From: Candidatus Saccharimonadales bacterium
Lineage (GTDB): Bacteria; Patescibacteriota; Saccharimonadia; Saccharimonadales; 2-12-FULL-41-12
Assembly: GCA_036276755.1 (NCBI GenBank)
Contig: DASUOG010000011.1
Location: 3,125 to 67,124 of the forward strand
DNA: 64,000 nt
Direction: 5' to 3'
Both the position numbers and the translations under genes were made by a program. Positions 1 to 11,852 of this stretch are shown here, in pieces. The notes below the pieces were generated by a model. The model saw only the letters and a program-made list of their open reading frames with translations. It was not told where the DNA came from and did no database searches. The first letter of the stretch is position 1; each line of letters begins with the position of its first letter.

Positions 1-569
1 GTCTGGAACAGGTGGAGTCCAATATAATCAGATGCCCTGATAACATAGCCGCCAACGAAATGATAAAGCTGGTGGAAGAAGTACGGGACAGCGGGGACTC
101 GGTCGGTGGCATAATAGTCGGATTGATAAAAAACTGCCCGGTGGGTTTGGGCGAACCTGTGTTTGACAAATTGAATGCCGATTTAGGCAAAGCCATGCTT
201 AGCATCAACGCGGTAAAAGGTTTCGATATCGGTTCGGGTTTTCGCGGAGCGGATATGCGCGGCAGCGAACATAACGATGAATTCTACAGCGAAAAGGACG
301 GCAGGATCAGGACTAAGACGAACAATGCCGGAGGCACCCTTGGTGGTATATCAAACGGCGAGGATATTTATTTCCGCGTAGCTATAAAGCCGGTTTCTAC
401 CATCAGCAAAAAACAAAATACGCTGGATTTGGACAAGAACGAAGTAGAAGTCGAAGCGACCGGTCGGCACGATCCTTGCGTACTACCCCGGGCCATACCC
501 ATAGTCGACGCTATGAGCGCGCTTACGATTATGGATCATTATCTTCGCAACAAGGCCCAAAACGGCTAA
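1..569 (+). CDS. aroC: chorismate synthase, C-terminal part (5' end outside window)
   Basis: The ORF runs to the window edge. The C-terminal region ...[30 protein letters not shown]... is typical of chorismate synthase. Confidence 0.85.
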   Translation, partial: LEQVESNIIRCPDNIAANEMIKLVEEVRDSGDSVGGIIVGLIKNCPVGLGEPVFDKLNADLGKAMLSINAVKGFDIGSGFRGADMRGSEHNDEFYSEKDGRIRTKTNNAGGTLGGISNGEDIYFRVAIKPVSTISKKQNTLDLDKNEVEVEATGRHDPCVLPRAIPIVDAMSALTIMDHYLRNKAQNG

Positions 570-575
570 AAATTA

Positions 576-881
576 TTAACCTTCGCGGCGGACATGGTTA
601 AAGGCACCGCCTTCTATCTTTAATTTCATGAATTTAGGTACCGTATTTGGCTCAATTGGCATGGAACTGCCAATCAGCCTGCTCAACCCTAAAGAACACA
701 GCATCTCAGGATTTGCTTCACGTCGCTCTGCAAAATCAGATTCCGTCTGTAGCTCCGAAGGTGGGCCTTCGCACGTTTTTTCGCAGCTGGGATCTTCTAC
801 GCCAAAATACAATTTAGCGGGGCACAGCTCTGCTTTCTGCTCTCTTCTTCCAAGCCGATTCACTTTTATCTGGCCTTGCAT
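576..881 (-). CDS. hypothetical 101-aa protein, or alternatively a non-coding spacer
   Basis: The ATG directly abuts the fusA stop (TAAATG). The ORF ends in TAATAA 7 nt from the convergent aroC stop, so it fills the gap exactly. It has no recognisable domain, and an opposite-strand ORF is also open here. Confidence 0.35.
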   Translation of the reverse strand: MQGQIKVNRLGRREQKAELCPAKLYFGVEDPSCEKTCEGPPSELQTESDFAERREANPEMLCSLGLSRLIGSSMPIEPNTVPKFMKLKIEGGAFNHVRREG

Positions 882-2969
882 TTATTTTGAAGATTTGGCA
901 ATGATGGCTTCGGCTACGTTTGGCGGTACGTCTGCGTAATGGTCGAGCTCCATGCTTGAGCTGGCTCGGCCCTGGGTCATAGAACGCAGGTTTGTAGTGT
1001 AGCCGAACATTTCGCCTAATGGGACGAAACCGGTGATCTGCTTGATGTTATTGGCCAGATCTTCCATGGATTCGATGCGGCCGCGTTTGGAATTAAGGTC
1101 GCCTATCACATCGCCCATGAATTCTTCCGGCGTTACGACAACTACTTTCATAATCGGTTCGAGAAGTACCGGGTTAGCTTTTTTCACACCGCCTTGGAGG
1201 GCCATGGAACCGGCAATCTTGAAGGCCATCTCAGATGAGTCTACGTCGTGGTAGCTACCGTCGTAAAGCTCGGCCTTGATATCAACTACCGGATAGCCGG
1301 CCAGAACGCCATTGCTCATGGCTTCTTTGATGCCTTCTTCAACAGGCTTGATGTATTCTTGAGGAACTACGCCGCCTTTGATGGAGTTGATGAACTCAAA
1401 ACCTTTGCCGGCCTCGTTCTGGCTTAGGCGTAGCCAGACATCGCCATACTGGCCGCGTCCGCCGGACTGGCGGATGAATTTACCTTGTATCTCCACTGCG
1501 TCTTTGCGTATCGTTTCGCGGTAAGCAACCTGCGGTTCGCCGATGTTGGCTTCGACACTAAATTCACGTTTCATCCTATCCACCAGGATTTCCAGATGCA
1601 GCTCGCCCATGCCGCTGATGATAGTCTGGCCGGTCTCTTCATCAACCTTGATCCGAAAAGTCGGATCTTCTTCAGCAAGTCGCTGCAGAGCCAGGCTCAT
1701 TTTCTCCTGATCGGCCTTGGTCTTGGGCTCGATAGCGATACTTACCGGAGGCTCTGGGAAATTGATGCTTTCTAGGACAATAGGGTTGTTCTGGTCGCAA
1801 AGTGTATTTCCTGTAGTGGTCCCTTTGAGGCCGACTATCGCCGCTATATCTCCGGCGTTTACTTCTTTGACTTCTTCGCGCTTATCCGCCTGCATCCGGA
1901 CGATCCGGCCGACACGTTCCTTATCACCGGTTGAGCTGTTATAAACGTAGCTGCCAGCCACGATCTTGCCGGAGTAAACACGGAAGTAAGCCAGCTTTCC
2001 GACGAAAGGATCGGTCGCGATCTTAAATGCCAGGCCGGCAAAAGGTTCTTTGACATCAGGTTTCCGAAGAACCGTATCGTCGGTTTTAGGATGAGTGCCG
2101 GCAGTGTCTCCGCGGTCAATCGGACTTGGCAGATATTCTGTCGCAATATCCAGAAGTTTTTCAACTATCACTCCACGGCCGTCGCCGCCGCTGACGATAA
2201 AGAACTTGCCGGTCATCATGGCTGTTCTGATAGCGTGCTTGATCTCTTCCTCATTCAGACCTTCCTCGCCGACTTCCAGGTATTTTTCAAGCATTTTCTC
2301 ATCTTCGGCCACGGCATTCTCAATCAGCAGGCTACGGTATTTTTTGGCCTTGTCCAGCATATCGGCTGGAATTTCATCTACGCTTAGTTCCTTGTCGGTA
2401 AATTCCTTGTAGGTATAAGCCTTCATATCTACCAGGTCGACCACACCGTTGACTTTTTGTTCAAAACCTATCGGTAGATGTATCGGAAAGGCTCGTTTGG
2501 AAAGCCGTGCATGAATGGAGTCCAGTGATTTATAAAAATCCCCGCCGGTTTGGTTGATCTTATTGATGAAGCAAATTCTTGGCACATTGTATCCGTCGGC
2601 TTGGCGCCAGACGGTTTCTGATTGAGATTCTACGCCCATCTTGCCGTCAAAGACGGTGATCGCACCGTCAAGCACGCGTAAAGAGCGTTGTACCTCGACC
2701 GTAAAGTCAATATGACCCGGGGTGTCAATAATATTGATCTGATGATCTTTCCAATAACATGTAACAGCGGCGGATACGATAGTAATGCCGCGCTCGCGCT
2801 CCTGGGCCATCCAGTCGGTGGTGGTTTCGCCTTCATGCACCGCACCGATCTTGTGCTTTAATCCGGTCCGGTAAAGAATGCCTTCGGTTGTGGTGGTCTT
2901 GCCCGCGTCAATATGAGCGATGATACCGATGTTCCTGATGTCATTTATTGAATATTTCTTCTCTGCCAT
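882..2969 (-). CDS. fusA: translation elongation factor G
   Basis: 695 aa with GTPase motifs AHIDAGKTT and DTPGHIDF. Full-length EF-G architecture in the str operon position. Confidence 0.97.
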   Translation of the reverse strand: MAEKKYSINDIRNIGIIAHIDAGKTTTTEGILYRTGLKHKIGAVHEGETTTDWMAQERERGITIVSAAVTCYWKDHQINIIDTPGHIDFTVEVQRSLRVLDGAITVFDGKMGVESQSETVWRQADGYNVPRICFINKINQTGGDFYKSLDSIHARLSKRAFPIHLPIGFEQKVNGVVDLVDMKAYTYKEFTDKELSVDEIPADMLDKAKKYRSLLIENAVAEDEKMLEKYLEVGEEGLNEEEIKHAIRTAMMTGKFFIVSGGDGRGVIVEKLLDIATEYLPSPIDRGDTAGTHPKTDDTVLRKPDVKEPFAGLAFKIATDPFVGKLAYFRVYSGKIVAGSYVYNSSTGDKERVGRIVRMQADKREEVKEVNAGDIAAIVGLKGTTTGNTLCDQNNPIVLESINFPEPPVSIAIEPKTKADQEKMSLALQRLAEEDPTFRIKVDEETGQTIISGMGELHLEILVDRMKREFSVEANIGEPQVAYRETIRKDAVEIQGKFIRQSGGRGQYGDVWLRLSQNEAGKGFEFINSIKGGVVPQEYIKPVEEGIKEAMSNGVLAGYPVVDIKAELYDGSYHDVDSSEMAFKIAGSMALQGGVKKANPVLLEPIMKVVVVTPEEFMGDVIGDLNSKRGRIESMEDLANNIKQITGFVPLGEMFGYTTNLRSMTQGRASSSMELDHYADVPPNVAEAIIAKSSK

Positions 2970-2979
2970 GTTTATCCCT

Positions 2980-3273
2980 TTAATTAAACAATAATGCTTC
3001 CTCGGCTACGCAACTGTCGCCTTCGCACTGTTTTGCCAACAGCTGATCATATTGCTCTTTTTTGCGTTTAGGCTCGTCTACGGGCGCACTTCCGATCTCG
3101 GTCATGAAGGGTAAAACCCTTGATGCGAACCTACCGATATTAGCAAGGACGGAACCGTTGGATCTTTCTGCCCGATCTGCAGCCTCCGCCCAATCGCGGC
3201 TGGCTATCAAACATACTCTTCTGGCCTCACACACTCTACCTATTCTTTCGCAAAAAGTAGTGTCACCGGACAT
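2980..3273 (-). CDS. hypothetical 97-aa Cys-containing protein between rpsG and fusA
   Basis: An internal ATG of the 2980..3378 track ORF lies 4 nt after the rpsG stop. The ORF's stop is 10 nt before the fusA ATG, and that spacer contains AAGGGA. The product [21 protein letters not shown]...QCEGDSC... matches no known family. Confidence 0.4.
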   Translation of the reverse strand: MSGDTTFCERIGRVCEARRVCLIASRDWAEAADRAERSNGSVLANIGRFASRVLPFMTEIGSAPVDEPKRKKEQYDQLLAKQCEGDSCVAEEALLFN

Positions 3274-3277
3274 AGAA

Positions 3278-3757
3278 TTAATACCTTGCAAAGTGGGCAA
3301 AGGCGCGGTTGGCTTCGGCCATCTTGTGCGTGTCTTCTTTTTTCTTAACCGCCGGTCCGGTTTCGTTATAAGCGTCAACCAGCTCTAACGCAATACGATC
3401 TTCCATACTCATACCGGATCTAGCCCGGGCTGCCTCGACGAACCACATGATGGTCAGATGCGTCTGCCGCTGGCCTTTTACTTCGAACGGTATCTGGTAA
3501 TTCGCACCGCCTACGCGTCGTGAACGGGTTTCCAGATGCGGTTTTACGTTAGACATAGCTTTTTCAAAGACATCGAGCGGGTTTTGAACCTTTAGCTTAT
3601 CAGCCGCCTTTTGCATGCCGTGATATACCAAGCGTTCAGCCAGCTGCTTCTTGCCATCTTCCATAACCCGGTTGATAAGCCTCTGGACCATCACGCTGTT
3701 ATACACCCTATCCGGCTGGATTTCTCGGACTAATGATTTGGTCTTATGTCGCGGCAA
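3278..3757 (-). CDS. rpsG: 30S ribosomal protein S7
   Basis: S7 motifs (RRVGGANYQIPFEV, AFAHFARY). The likely start is TTG at 3757, 1 nt after the rpsL stop. The ORF-track GTG at 3817 would overlap rpsL by 59 nt and add a non-conserved 20-aa extension. Confidence 0.93.
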   Translation of the reverse strand: MPRHKTKSLVREIQPDRVYNSVMVQRLINRVMEDGKKQLAERLVYHGMQKAADKLKVQNPLDVFEKAMSNVKPHLETRSRRVGGANYQIPFEVKGQRQTHLTIMWFVEAARARSGMSMEDRIALELVDAYNETGPAVKKKEDTHKMAEANRAFAHFARY

Positions 3758-3758
3758 T

Positions 3759-4172
3759 TTATTTACCTGCTTTCTTGGCGCCGTACTTGCTGCGTCTTTG
3801 CTTGCGGTTTTCGACACCCTGCAAGTCCAGGTTACCGCGAACTACATGATACCGAACGCCGGGAAGGTCCGGAACCCTGCCGCCACGTATCAAAACTACC
3901 GCGTGTTCTTGCAAGTTATGTCCCTCGCCGCCGATATATGCCCATACCTCATGTCCGTTGGTAAGCCGCACACGAGCGACCTTGCGTAAAGCCGAGTTTG
4001 GTTTCTTCGGAGTCTTGGTCGTAACTTTCACGCATACGCCGCGCTTGAACGGTGAAGGTTTTTCATAATGGCGTGTTTTCAGGTTATTGGATACGCGTTG
4101 AAGCGCCGGCGACTTGCTTTTACTCGTCGTCTTGACTCTTGGTTTTCGGACTAATTGATTAATAGTCGGCAA
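3759..4172 (-). CDS. rpsL: 30S ribosomal protein S12
   Basis: [12 protein letters not shown]...[16 protein letters not shown]... is canonical S12. TTG start preceded by AAGGAG. Confidence 0.97.
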   Translation of the reverse strand: MPTINQLVRKPRVKTTSKSKSPALQRVSNNLKTRHYEKPSPFKRGVCVKVTTKTPKKPNSALRKVARVRLTNGHEVWAYIGGEGHNLQEHAVVLIRGGRVPDLPGVRYHVVRGNLDLQGVENRKQRRSKYGAKKAGK

Positions 4173-4231
4173 CTTCTACGGCTCCTTCTTCGACTGTTAT
4201 TACTAAAAATTTCATAGTAATTTTAACACCT

Positions 4232-7200
4232 TTACGCCTCTGGAGCAACTTCAGTCTTAGCCAGCTCCTGGATTTCCGATTCTTCATCCTCCGTATCATC
4301 TACAGCGCCGGTGCCTACTGGAATCCGCCGGCCTAGTATGACGTTTTCCTTCAAACCGAACAGATTATCAACCTTGCCGCTGGTGGCCGCAGCTATCAAT
4401 ACTCTCGTAGTGTCCTGGAACGAGGCGGCTGATAGGAAGGAGTCTGTGCTCAAACTCGCTTTGGTTATGCCAAGCAACAGCTGGTTGAATACGGCAGGCT
4501 TCTTACCCTGCTTGCTCAAAGCTTCGTTAGCTTCTACGACCGACAGCTTGCTGACTATATCACCGGTAACGAATTCACTGTCTCCTGGTTCTTCTATCTG
4601 GACACGGGAGAACATTTGGCGGACTATGATTTCCAGGTGTTTATCGGCAATATTCTGTCCCTGGCTGGCAAAGATCCGTAAAATCTCATTCATAATGTAA
4701 CGCTGAGTCGCTTCGACGCCTTTTAGCCGCATAAGGTCATGCAAATTGATAGAACCGCTGGTTAACCGATCGCCGGCTTCTACCATATCGCCGTCCTTTA
4801 CCAGTAGCTGTTTATAGGTAGGTATCTCGTATTTAACGATACTGTGTCCGGCCGGAGTGATCTTGATATATTTCTTGGTAACGGAAACTTTCCCGGCTAC
4901 GGGAGCTATCAAAGGATCCTCTCCGTCGTCGGATGACGCAACTACGTCGCCGACGGCTACCTCGCTGCCGGCCGCTACTTTGATAGTCCTCTCGCCTACG
5001 GTTAATTTGGCGGTCTGAGCTTTATCATCCGTAACCTGTACTGTGTAATTTTCATCCTCCTCGACTATAGAGACCTTGCCCGGTATTTCCGAAAGGAAGG
5101 CTTTTCCTTTAGGAACCCTGACTTCGAAAAGTTCCTCGACACGAGGCAAACCCTGGGTGATATCATCGGCGGCGGCTACGCCACCGCTGTGGAAGGTACG
5201 AAGTGTCAACTGGGTTCCCGGCTCGCCAATACTCTGGGCAGCTATAACGCCTATCGGATTATCGCTGGTGACCAATTTCCCGGTAGCCGGATCAAGCCCA
5301 TAACTCTTGGGGTTAACCCCGCGTACACCGCTGTAGCTGAGCACGCTCATTATCTTCACGCCGTCCAAACTGCTATCGGCATCTATTTTATCGGCTACTT
5401 CCTTAGTAATCAGCTTGCCCTTATTGATGTAACTACCGATTTTTTCAGCGGTATAGCGGCCGTACAGCCGGGATGCGTAAGAAACGCCAATCTCCTGGGC
5501 ATCCGATCTGTACATGGCGAATCCCGGATCAGCCGCCCCTTCCTCGGTAGTGAATACGTCTTGCGCCACATCTACAAGTCTGCGCGTTAGATAACCGGAA
5601 TCAGCGGTCTTAAGCGCAGTGTCGATAAGTCCTTTTCGCGCGCCGCGCGTCGAGGTGAAATACTCAAGCGGGTCCAAGCCATCACGATAATTGCTCTTGA
5701 CCGGTAACTCCATCGCGCGGCCCGTCGCATCCGACAATATACCGACCGAACCTATGATCTGTTTTACCTGGACTATGGAACCGCGTGCTCCCGATGTTAC
5801 GGCCAGTGACATCGCATTGTCCTCACCGAGGAACTGTTTGGTCAGAGACCGTTGAATCTCCGAATCGGCATCGGTCCAGGTTTCAATAGTCAACCGATAA
5901 CGTTCCTCGTCGGTTATGAAACCTTCATCGTATTGCTCGCTGACCGCTGTTGCTCGTTTTTCAGCTTTATCTAAGGTTTCACTTAGTTTTTCAATGTCGA
6001 CAAAGTCACTCATGCCCATGGAAAGACCGGAACGGGTAGCATATTCAAATCCCAAACTTTTTAAGTCGTCTGCGATTTCGGCGCTGATTGCCTGGCCGTA
6101 TTTCTGGTATATCCGGGCCATCACGGCGGCCAGTTTCTTCTTAGTCATCGCTTCGTCTTGGAACTCAAAATCTTCAGGGAAGATTTCATTGAATAAGAAC
6201 CGGCCGAAGGTACTTTCTCTCTTTTCTCCCCGGAAGTCGATATTTATTCTGTCCTGCAGATCCAGTTTTCCTTGGTCGAAGACCATGGAGGCTTCGGCTA
6301 TATTGAGGTAATGCTTGGTTGATTTTTTGTTACCCGGTTTCTCATATGTCAGATAAAAACATCCGAGTACTATGTCCTGTTCGATATGCAGAATCGGCGA
6401 TCCGTCGGCGGGCTTTAATAAATTCTTATTCGCCGCCATGATATCGCGGGCTTCCTCTTGGGCTTTCTCGCTCAACGGCAGATGAACAGCCATCTGATCG
6501 CCATCGAAGTCAGCGTTGAAGCCCTTACAGACCAGCGGGTGTAGCTGTATAGCCTTGCCCTCGATCAAAGTCGGCTTGAATGCCTGAATACTAAGACGGT
6601 GCAGACTTGGTGCGCGGTTGAGCAGCACATACTTGTCCTTTATGACTTCGTCTAACGCGTCCCAGACCGCGTTTTCGCTCATCTCTATCATTCTGGTTGC
6701 GCTGCGGATATTATGGGCCAGTTCCTTTTGAATAAGCTGGCCGATTACGAAAGGTTTGAACAATTCCAGCGCCATCATCTTCGGTAACCCGCATTGATTC
6801 ATCTTTAGTTCAGGGCCGGAAACAATAACCGAACGGCCTGAATAATCTACCCTTTTACCGAGCAGATTCTGGCGGAAACGACCCTGCTTGCCCTTCAACA
6901 TATCGCTTAAGGACTTAAGTCTGCGTCTTTGGCCGGTTGCCGCGACGGCCCGGCCGCTCCTGGTGCTGCTGTTATCTATCAGGGCGTCGACCGCCTCCTG
7001 AAGCATGCGCTGTTCGTTGCGACGGATAACTTCCGGGGCATTCAAATCAATCAGCTTCTTGAGCCGGTTGTTACGGTTGATAACCCTGCGGTAAAGATCG
7101 TTTAGATCAGAGGTAGCGAACCGGCCGCCGGTAAGCTGAACCATCGGTCGAAGATCCGGCGGAATCACCGGCAGTACGCTCAAGCAGGTGCTGGTCGGCT

Positions 7201-8065
7201 TGATATCGGCCTTATTCATGCTTTCCAGCAATCTAAGACGTTTCATTATCTTCTTTTTACGCTGGCCTTTGGCTTCTTCAGCTTCTACGGTCAGATCCTC
7301 GATAAGCTTTTCAAGGTCGATCTCGCTTAACAATTCCTGAAGTGCGGCTCCGCCCATACCTACGGTGATTAAGTTTTGCAATTCTTCCGGCAGGGCCCGG
7401 TAATCGTTTTCGCTGATCAGGTTGAATTTTTCCAGCCTCAGGATATTGTCCTTGAATTCGTCGAAATTTGTCTGGACTTCTTCAAGCTCCTTAGTCTGTG
7501 CTTCGGCCAGTGCCTTGACATTGGCGTCCTTTTGTTTGGCTTCTTTTTCATAGCGGGCTTTGATAGCCTCCTGGGCTGCGGCCGCCTCGGCTTCTTTATC
7601 GGCCAGTATCTTGTCGCGCTTCTCCTTGTCGACGGATTTGATTATATAGCTGGCAAAGTAAGCAATGCGTTCCAAATTTTTGACGGTCATACCGAGCAAT
7701 AGACCTATGGCGCTCGGCGTACCGCGCAAAAACCAGATGTGAGCCACCGGTGTAGCAAGCTGTATATGGCCCATCCGCTCACGGCGGACTATAGATTTGG
7801 TTACCAATTCGCCGTTCTTGTCCACGGCAGCTTCGCGCGAACGAACGCCTTTATATTTGGCATCGTGCGGGTTTATATCTTTGGCCGGCCCGAAAATCCG
7901 TTCGCAGAAAAGGCCATCGCGCTCCGGTTTTTGAGTTCGATAATTGATAGTTTCCGGCTTGGTTACTTCTCCGTAACTCCAATCCTGAATATCATCGCTG
8001 CTGGCTACAGCTAGGCGGACAGCATCAAAATCGGCAATGTTGGTACCGTTGGCATATCTTCGCAT
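4232..8065 (-). CDS. rpoC: DNA-directed RNA polymerase subunit beta'
   Basis: Catalytic [12 protein letters not shown] motif and full beta' architecture. I placed the start at the ATG at 8065 (or GTG at 8068), just after the rpoB stop. The track start at 8167 overlaps rpoB by about 100 nt and is rejected. Confidence 0.96.
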   Translation of the reverse strand: MRRYANGTNIADFDAVRLAVASSDDIQDWSYGEVTKPETINYRTQKPERDGLFCERIFGPAKDINPHDAKYKGVRSREAAVDKNGELVTKSIVRRERMGHIQLATPVAHIWFLRGTPSAIGLLLGMTVKNLERIAYFASYIIKSVDKEKRDKILADKEAEAAAAQEAIKARYEKEAKQKDANVKALAEAQTKELEEVQTNFDEFKDNILRLEKFNLISENDYRALPEELQNLITVGMGGAALQELLSEIDLEKLIEDLTVEAEEAKGQRKKKIMKRLRLLESMNKADIKPTSTCLSVLPVIPPDLRPMVQLTGGRFATSDLNDLYRRVINRNNRLKKLIDLNAPEVIRRNEQRMLQEAVDALIDNSSTRSGRAVAATGQRRRLKSLSDMLKGKQGRFRQNLLGKRVDYSGRSVIVSGPELKMNQCGLPKMMALELFKPFVIGQLIQKELAHNIRSATRMIEMSENAVWDALDEVIKDKYVLLNRAPSLHRLSIQAFKPTLIEGKAIQLHPLVCKGFNADFDGDQMAVHLPLSEKAQEEARDIMAANKNLLKPADGSPILHIEQDIVLGCFYLTYEKPGNKKSTKHYLNIAEASMVFDQGKLDLQDRINIDFRGEKRESTFGRFLFNEIFPEDFEFQDEAMTKKKLAAVMARIYQKYGQAISAEIADDLKSLGFEYATRSGLSMGMSDFVDIEKLSETLDKAEKRATAVSEQYDEGFITDEERYRLTIETWTDADSEIQRSLTKQFLGEDNAMSLAVTSGARGSIVQVKQIIGSVGILSDATGRAMELPVKSNYRDGLDPLEYFTSTRGARKGLIDTALKTADSGYLTRRLVDVAQDVFTTEEGAADPGFAMYRSDAQEIGVSYASRLYGRYTAEKIGSYINKGKLITKEVADKIDADSSLDGVKIMSVLSYSGVRGVNPKSYGLDPATGKLVTSDNPIGVIAAQSIGEPGTQLTLRTFHSGGVAAADDITQGLPRVEELFEVRVPKGKAFLSEIPGKVSIVEEDENYTVQVTDDKAQTAKLTVGERTIKVAAGSEVAVGDVVASSDDGEDPLIAPVAGKVSVTKKYIKITPAGHSIVKYEIPTYKQLLVKDGDMVEAGDRLTSGSINLHDLMRLKGVEATQRYIMNEILRIFASQGQNIADKHLEIIVRQMFSRVQIEEPGDSEFVTGDIVSKLSVVEANEALSKQGKKPAVFNQLLLGITKASLSTDSFLSAASFQDTTRVLIAAATSGKVDNLFGLKENVILGRRIPVGTGAVDDTEDEESEIQELAKTEVAPEA

Positions 8066-8069
8066 CACT

Positions 8070-11000
8070 TTACGCATCCTCCTTTTCTTCCGTATCATCA
8101 TCGCTCTTGTCGGATACCGCGGTAGTGGCCGGAATATCGTCCTCGAGCTCCATAACCATGTATTCATCTACTGACGCATCCTCGGATACATCTACATTGC
8201 TGGCCCGCGGATCGGGAACATCTACTTCTGACTGGTCTTCGGCTTCATCCTTGATATTTTCTGCCAGGATATCCTCGGCGTCGACTACTTTATCCTTCTC
8301 GATAAGATCGACTTTGAGTCCAAGCCCCTGCAATTCCTTGACTAGGACATTGAAGCTTTCCGGTACTTTCGGACCGACTATATCGGTCTGCTTGATTATC
8401 GATTCATAAGCTTTGCTTCGGCCGTAAACATCATCGGACTTGATAGTCAGCATTTCCTGAAGCGTATTGGCCGCGCCGTAAGCCTCAAGCGCCCACACTT
8501 CCATTTCGCCGAATCTCTGTCCGCCGTTCTGCGCCTTACCGCCGAGAGGCTGCTGGGTAACCATGGTGTAGGGGCCGGTCGAACGGGCATGTATCTTATC
8601 GGTCACCATGTGCGTCAGCTTAAGTATGTACATATTGCCGACCACGCTTTTTTCTTTGAAAACCTCCCCTGTCCGGCCGTCGAACAGCTGTAGTTTACCG
8701 TCTTCGGGCAGTTTAGCTTCTTTGAGGAGTTTCTTTATCTTATCTACCGGCGCGCCGCTAAACGACGGGGTAGCGAACTTAAACCCGAGCATCTCCGCGG
8801 CCATACCCAGATGAGTTTCAAACAGCTGGCCCAAGTTCATGCGTGATGGCACACCCATAGGGTTCAGGATTATGTCCACCGGTACGCCATCTTCGGAAAA
8901 AGGCATGTCTTCAGCCGGAAGAATCCTGGCTATGACGCCCTTGTTACCATGCCGGCCGGCCAGCTTGTCGCCGACCTGGATCTTGCGCATCTGGGCAACG
9001 AAAACCTGTATCTGTTTTATAACGCCTGCCTTGAGTTCATGGCCGTTGTCGCGGGAAAAAACTTTCACGCCGACAACCTTGCCATGCTTGCCGTTGCTCA
9101 TGCGCTGGGATGTATCACGGACTTCTTTAGCTTTCTCGCCGAAGATGGCACGCAGCAATCTTTCCTCGCTGGAAAGTTCCTGCTCACCCTTAGGGGTTAT
9201 CTTGCCCACCAGGATATCTCCCGGATGGACTTCGGCGCCGATTCGTACTATGCCTTCCTCATCAAGATGCCGCAAAGCGTCTTCTGAGACATTCGGTATG
9301 TCGCCGGTAACTATTTCCGGACCGAGTTTGGTTTCACGTACTTCCGTCATGTAGTCGACTATATGAATGCTGGTCAACGAATCGTCTTCGACCAGCCGGC
9401 GTGAGATGACTATCGCATCTTCGAAGTTATAGCCGCCCCATGGCATGAAGGCGACTCGCAGATCGCGACCCAGTGCCAGTTCGCCGTTTTCTATGGACAT
9501 GCCTTCTATCAGAACATCGCCGGCTTTGACTTTCTGGCCGCTGGAGACAACCACCCGTTGGTTTATGCAGGTGCCTTCGTTACTTCGTACAAAGTGAAGC
9601 GGTTTGTAAGTAATCTTTTTCTTCTTTTTATAATTGACGACTATTTCGTCGGCGGATGCCTTGATTACTTCGCCGGGTTCCTCGGCATAAACTACTTGGC
9701 CGCTGTTTTTGGCGACAGCAGACTCCAACCCTGTCCCGATGACGGGAGCTTTAGGTCTGACAAGCGGAACGGCCTGTTTCTGTTGGTTGGAACCAACCAA
9801 GGCACGGTCGACACGGTCCCTTTCAACGAACGGAATCAGCCCGGCTATCGAGCCGATAATCTGATTATTACTGGCATCCATGTGCGTCACATCGTTGGCA
9901 TCGGTCTCACCGACCTGCAGGCGTACTCTCGCAGCAACCCTCTCTTCGGCGAAATAACCGTCTTTGCCTACAGCATTTCCGGCACCGGCGATTACGGTCT
10001 TATCTTCTTCGGCAGCATCGAGATATTCGATTTTATCGGTAACTTTGGCTTTGACAGGCCAAGTTTTTTGGTTTTTAACCGCGGCAAGCTTCTTAGCATC
10101 CGCGGCAGTTATCTTGGAACCGGCCTTTACTATTACTTTGCCCTTTTCATTCTCCAGATTGACTCTGGCTATATGGCCGGCGGCCTCTTTAGCGGTTACG
10201 GCGTTGATGACCTTGCGGTAAGGAGTTTCGATAAAGCCGTATTCATTTATCCGGGCATAATTGGCCAGATTCAAAACCAGACCGATGTTGGCACCTTCCG
10301 GAGTCTCTACGGCGCAAATCCTGCCGTAATGAGTAGAATGCGCGTCGCGCACTTCGAATCCGGCCCGCTCACGTGATAAACCGCCTGGTCCCATTGAGCT
10401 TAAACGGCGTTTATGAGCAAGCTCGCTCACCGGATTTATCTGATCCATGAATTGGCTCAATTGCGAGCTGGCAAAAAATTCCCGTACAGCGGCTACTACC
10501 GGCCGGGCATTTATCAATTGTCCCGGGGTAACCGTTTCGATTTCACTCATGCTCATCCGGTCCTTGGTGTTGCGTTCCATCCGGAGCAAACCGATCCTAA
10601 ATTGTCTCTGCACCAGTTCTCCGACCAGCTTTACCCGGCGGTTAGCCAGACTATCGATGTCATCGGCCGGTTCCTGGGAGTTATTGAGACGGATTATTTC
10701 GCTGATTATAGCGGTCAAATCTTCGCGGCGCATAACCCGGTTTTCTATGGTATTAGGTATATCCAGATCAAGTCGTTTGTTTATCTTGTAGCGGCCGACG
10801 CGGCTGAAGTCGAAACGCTTGAAATTATAAAACATATTCTCAAGTAAGCTGCGTGCATTATCCACGGTGGCCAGATCACCGGGCCGAAGCCGCCTATAGA
10901 CTTCAATCAACGCCTCCGAGGACGTATTCGCAGGGTCCTTATCCAAAGTGTTTTCCAAATAGTTGGTCTCGCCCTGGTCGACGTGCTTGAACGTGTCTTT

Positions 11001-11633
11001 CATTTCGGCTTCGCTCATGCCCAAAGCACGGAGTAAAGTAGTCACAGGAATCTTACGCTTACGATCGATCTTGACGAACAAAGCGCCGTTGGCGGCGGTT
11101 TCGAATTCAAGCCAGGCGCCGCGGCCCGGTATGACTTTCGCGCCGTATACATTTCCGGTACCGGATTGCTCGGCAGTAAAGAAAACACCGGCCGAACGTA
11201 TAAGCTGGCTGACTACGACACGTTCTGCGCCGTTGATTACGAAGGTACCGCGGCTGGTCATCCAAGGGAAATCACCGAGGTAAATCTCATGTTCCTTGAC
11301 CTCACCGGTCACCTTATTACTCAGTACGACCTGGGCTTTTAAGGGTGCTTCGTAACTCACGTTATTCTCCCGGGCTTCATCCTCGGTCATCTTTGGGTCT
11401 TCAAAGTGATATTTTTTAAAACTCAAAGAAAGCTTGGCTCCCGTATAGTCCTCAATCGGGCTTATTTCCGCCAAAAGTTCACCTAAGCCCTCATCGACGA
11501 ACCATTGCCACGAAAGACTCTGGTGATCGACCAGATTGGGAAGATCCACGGACGCGGATGCATCACCCAGGTAAGTACGCTTGCTTTTTACTTGATCGGT
11601 ATTTTTTTTCTTTGCCGTTGCTGCCTTTGCCAT
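8070..11633 (-). CDS. rpoB: DNA-directed RNA polymerase subunit beta
   Basis: 1187 aa with conserved blocks (GDKLAGRHGNKGV, FGEMEVWALEAYGA). It has an acidic C-terminal tail of about 70 aa. Confidence 0.98.
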   Translation of the reverse strand: MAKAATAKKKNTDQVKSKRTYLGDASASVDLPNLVDHQSLSWQWFVDEGLGELLAEISPIEDYTGAKLSLSFKKYHFEDPKMTEDEARENNVSYEAPLKAQVVLSNKVTGEVKEHEIYLGDFPWMTSRGTFVINGAERVVVSQLIRSAGVFFTAEQSGTGNVYGAKVIPGRGAWLEFETAANGALFVKIDRKRKIPVTTLLRALGMSEAEMKDTFKHVDQGETNYLENTLDKDPANTSSEALIEVYRRLRPGDLATVDNARSLLENMFYNFKRFDFSRVGRYKINKRLDLDIPNTIENRVMRREDLTAIISEIIRLNNSQEPADDIDSLANRRVKLVGELVQRQFRIGLLRMERNTKDRMSMSEIETVTPGQLINARPVVAAVREFFASSQLSQFMDQINPVSELAHKRRLSSMGPGGLSRERAGFEVRDAHSTHYGRICAVETPEGANIGLVLNLANYARINEYGFIETPYRKVINAVTAKEAAGHIARVNLENEKGKVIVKAGSKITAADAKKLAAVKNQKTWPVKAKVTDKIEYLDAAEEDKTVIAGAGNAVGKDGYFAEERVAARVRLQVGETDANDVTHMDASNNQIIGSIAGLIPFVERDRVDRALVGSNQQKQAVPLVRPKAPVIGTGLESAVAKNSGQVVYAEEPGEVIKASADEIVVNYKKKKKITYKPLHFVRSNEGTCINQRVVVSSGQKVKAGDVLIEGMSIENGELALGRDLRVAFMPWGGYNFEDAIVISRRLVEDDSLTSIHIVDYMTEVRETKLGPEIVTGDIPNVSEDALRHLDEEGIVRIGAEVHPGDILVGKITPKGEQELSSEERLLRAIFGEKAKEVRDTSQRMSNGKHGKVVGVKVFSRDNGHELKAGVIKQIQVFVAQMRKIQVGDKLAGRHGNKGVIARILPAEDMPFSEDGVPVDIILNPMGVPSRMNLGQLFETHLGMAAEMLGFKFATPSFSGAPVDKIKKLLKEAKLPEDGKLQLFDGRTGEVFKEKSVVGNMYILKLTHMVTDKIHARSTGPYTMVTQQPLGGKAQNGGQRFGEMEVWALEAYGAANTLQEMLTIKSDDVYGRSKAYESIIKQTDIVGPKVPESFNVLVKELQGLGLKVDLIEKDKVVDAEDILAENIKDEAEDQSEVDVPDPRASNVDVSEDASVDEYMVMELEDDIPATTAVSDKSDDDTEEKEDA

Positions 11634-11852
11634 AATGAGGTGTAGTCAACATCTCCTATTAACTTTTATATTGATAAAGTTACACACAAGCGTATGTTAA
11701 GTGATACGCCTGATTTTTTATGCCCGTCAAAAAAACTGGGAATCATTTTGTTGTTTAATCTGTTAGCGCCGAAGATTTCTGCGTACATTGTTGTATTTTT
11801 TGCCTTAGTTTTTGGACAATATAACAATGCCGACCACTACTTCTTAAATACC

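Noticed and set aside
570-881. A tmRNA, RNase P RNA, SRP RNA or 6S RNA in the aroC-fusA spacer.
   Set aside because: The region has no tRNA-like 3' end with CCA and no GGGG 5' start with a tag reading frame. It also lacks the GAGGAAAGUCC/ACAGAA RNase P boxes and the SRP domain IV motif. It is kept only as an unclassified candidate.
8066-8167. The ORF-track N-terminal extension of rpoC (start at 8167).
   Set aside because: It would overlap the rpoB 3' end by about 100 nt and adds the non-conserved sequence MNTWLWSSRTIFRP... The conserved beta' N-terminus begins just after the ATG at 8065.
4311-11283. Dozens of 60-270-aa plus-strand ORFs inside rpoC and rpoB (for example 9558..10376, 8839..9354, 10413..10847).
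   Set aside because: They are antisense to long, unambiguous RNA polymerase genes. Their composition is low-complexity or skewed, as is typical of shadow ORFs. None has a promoter or RBS context.
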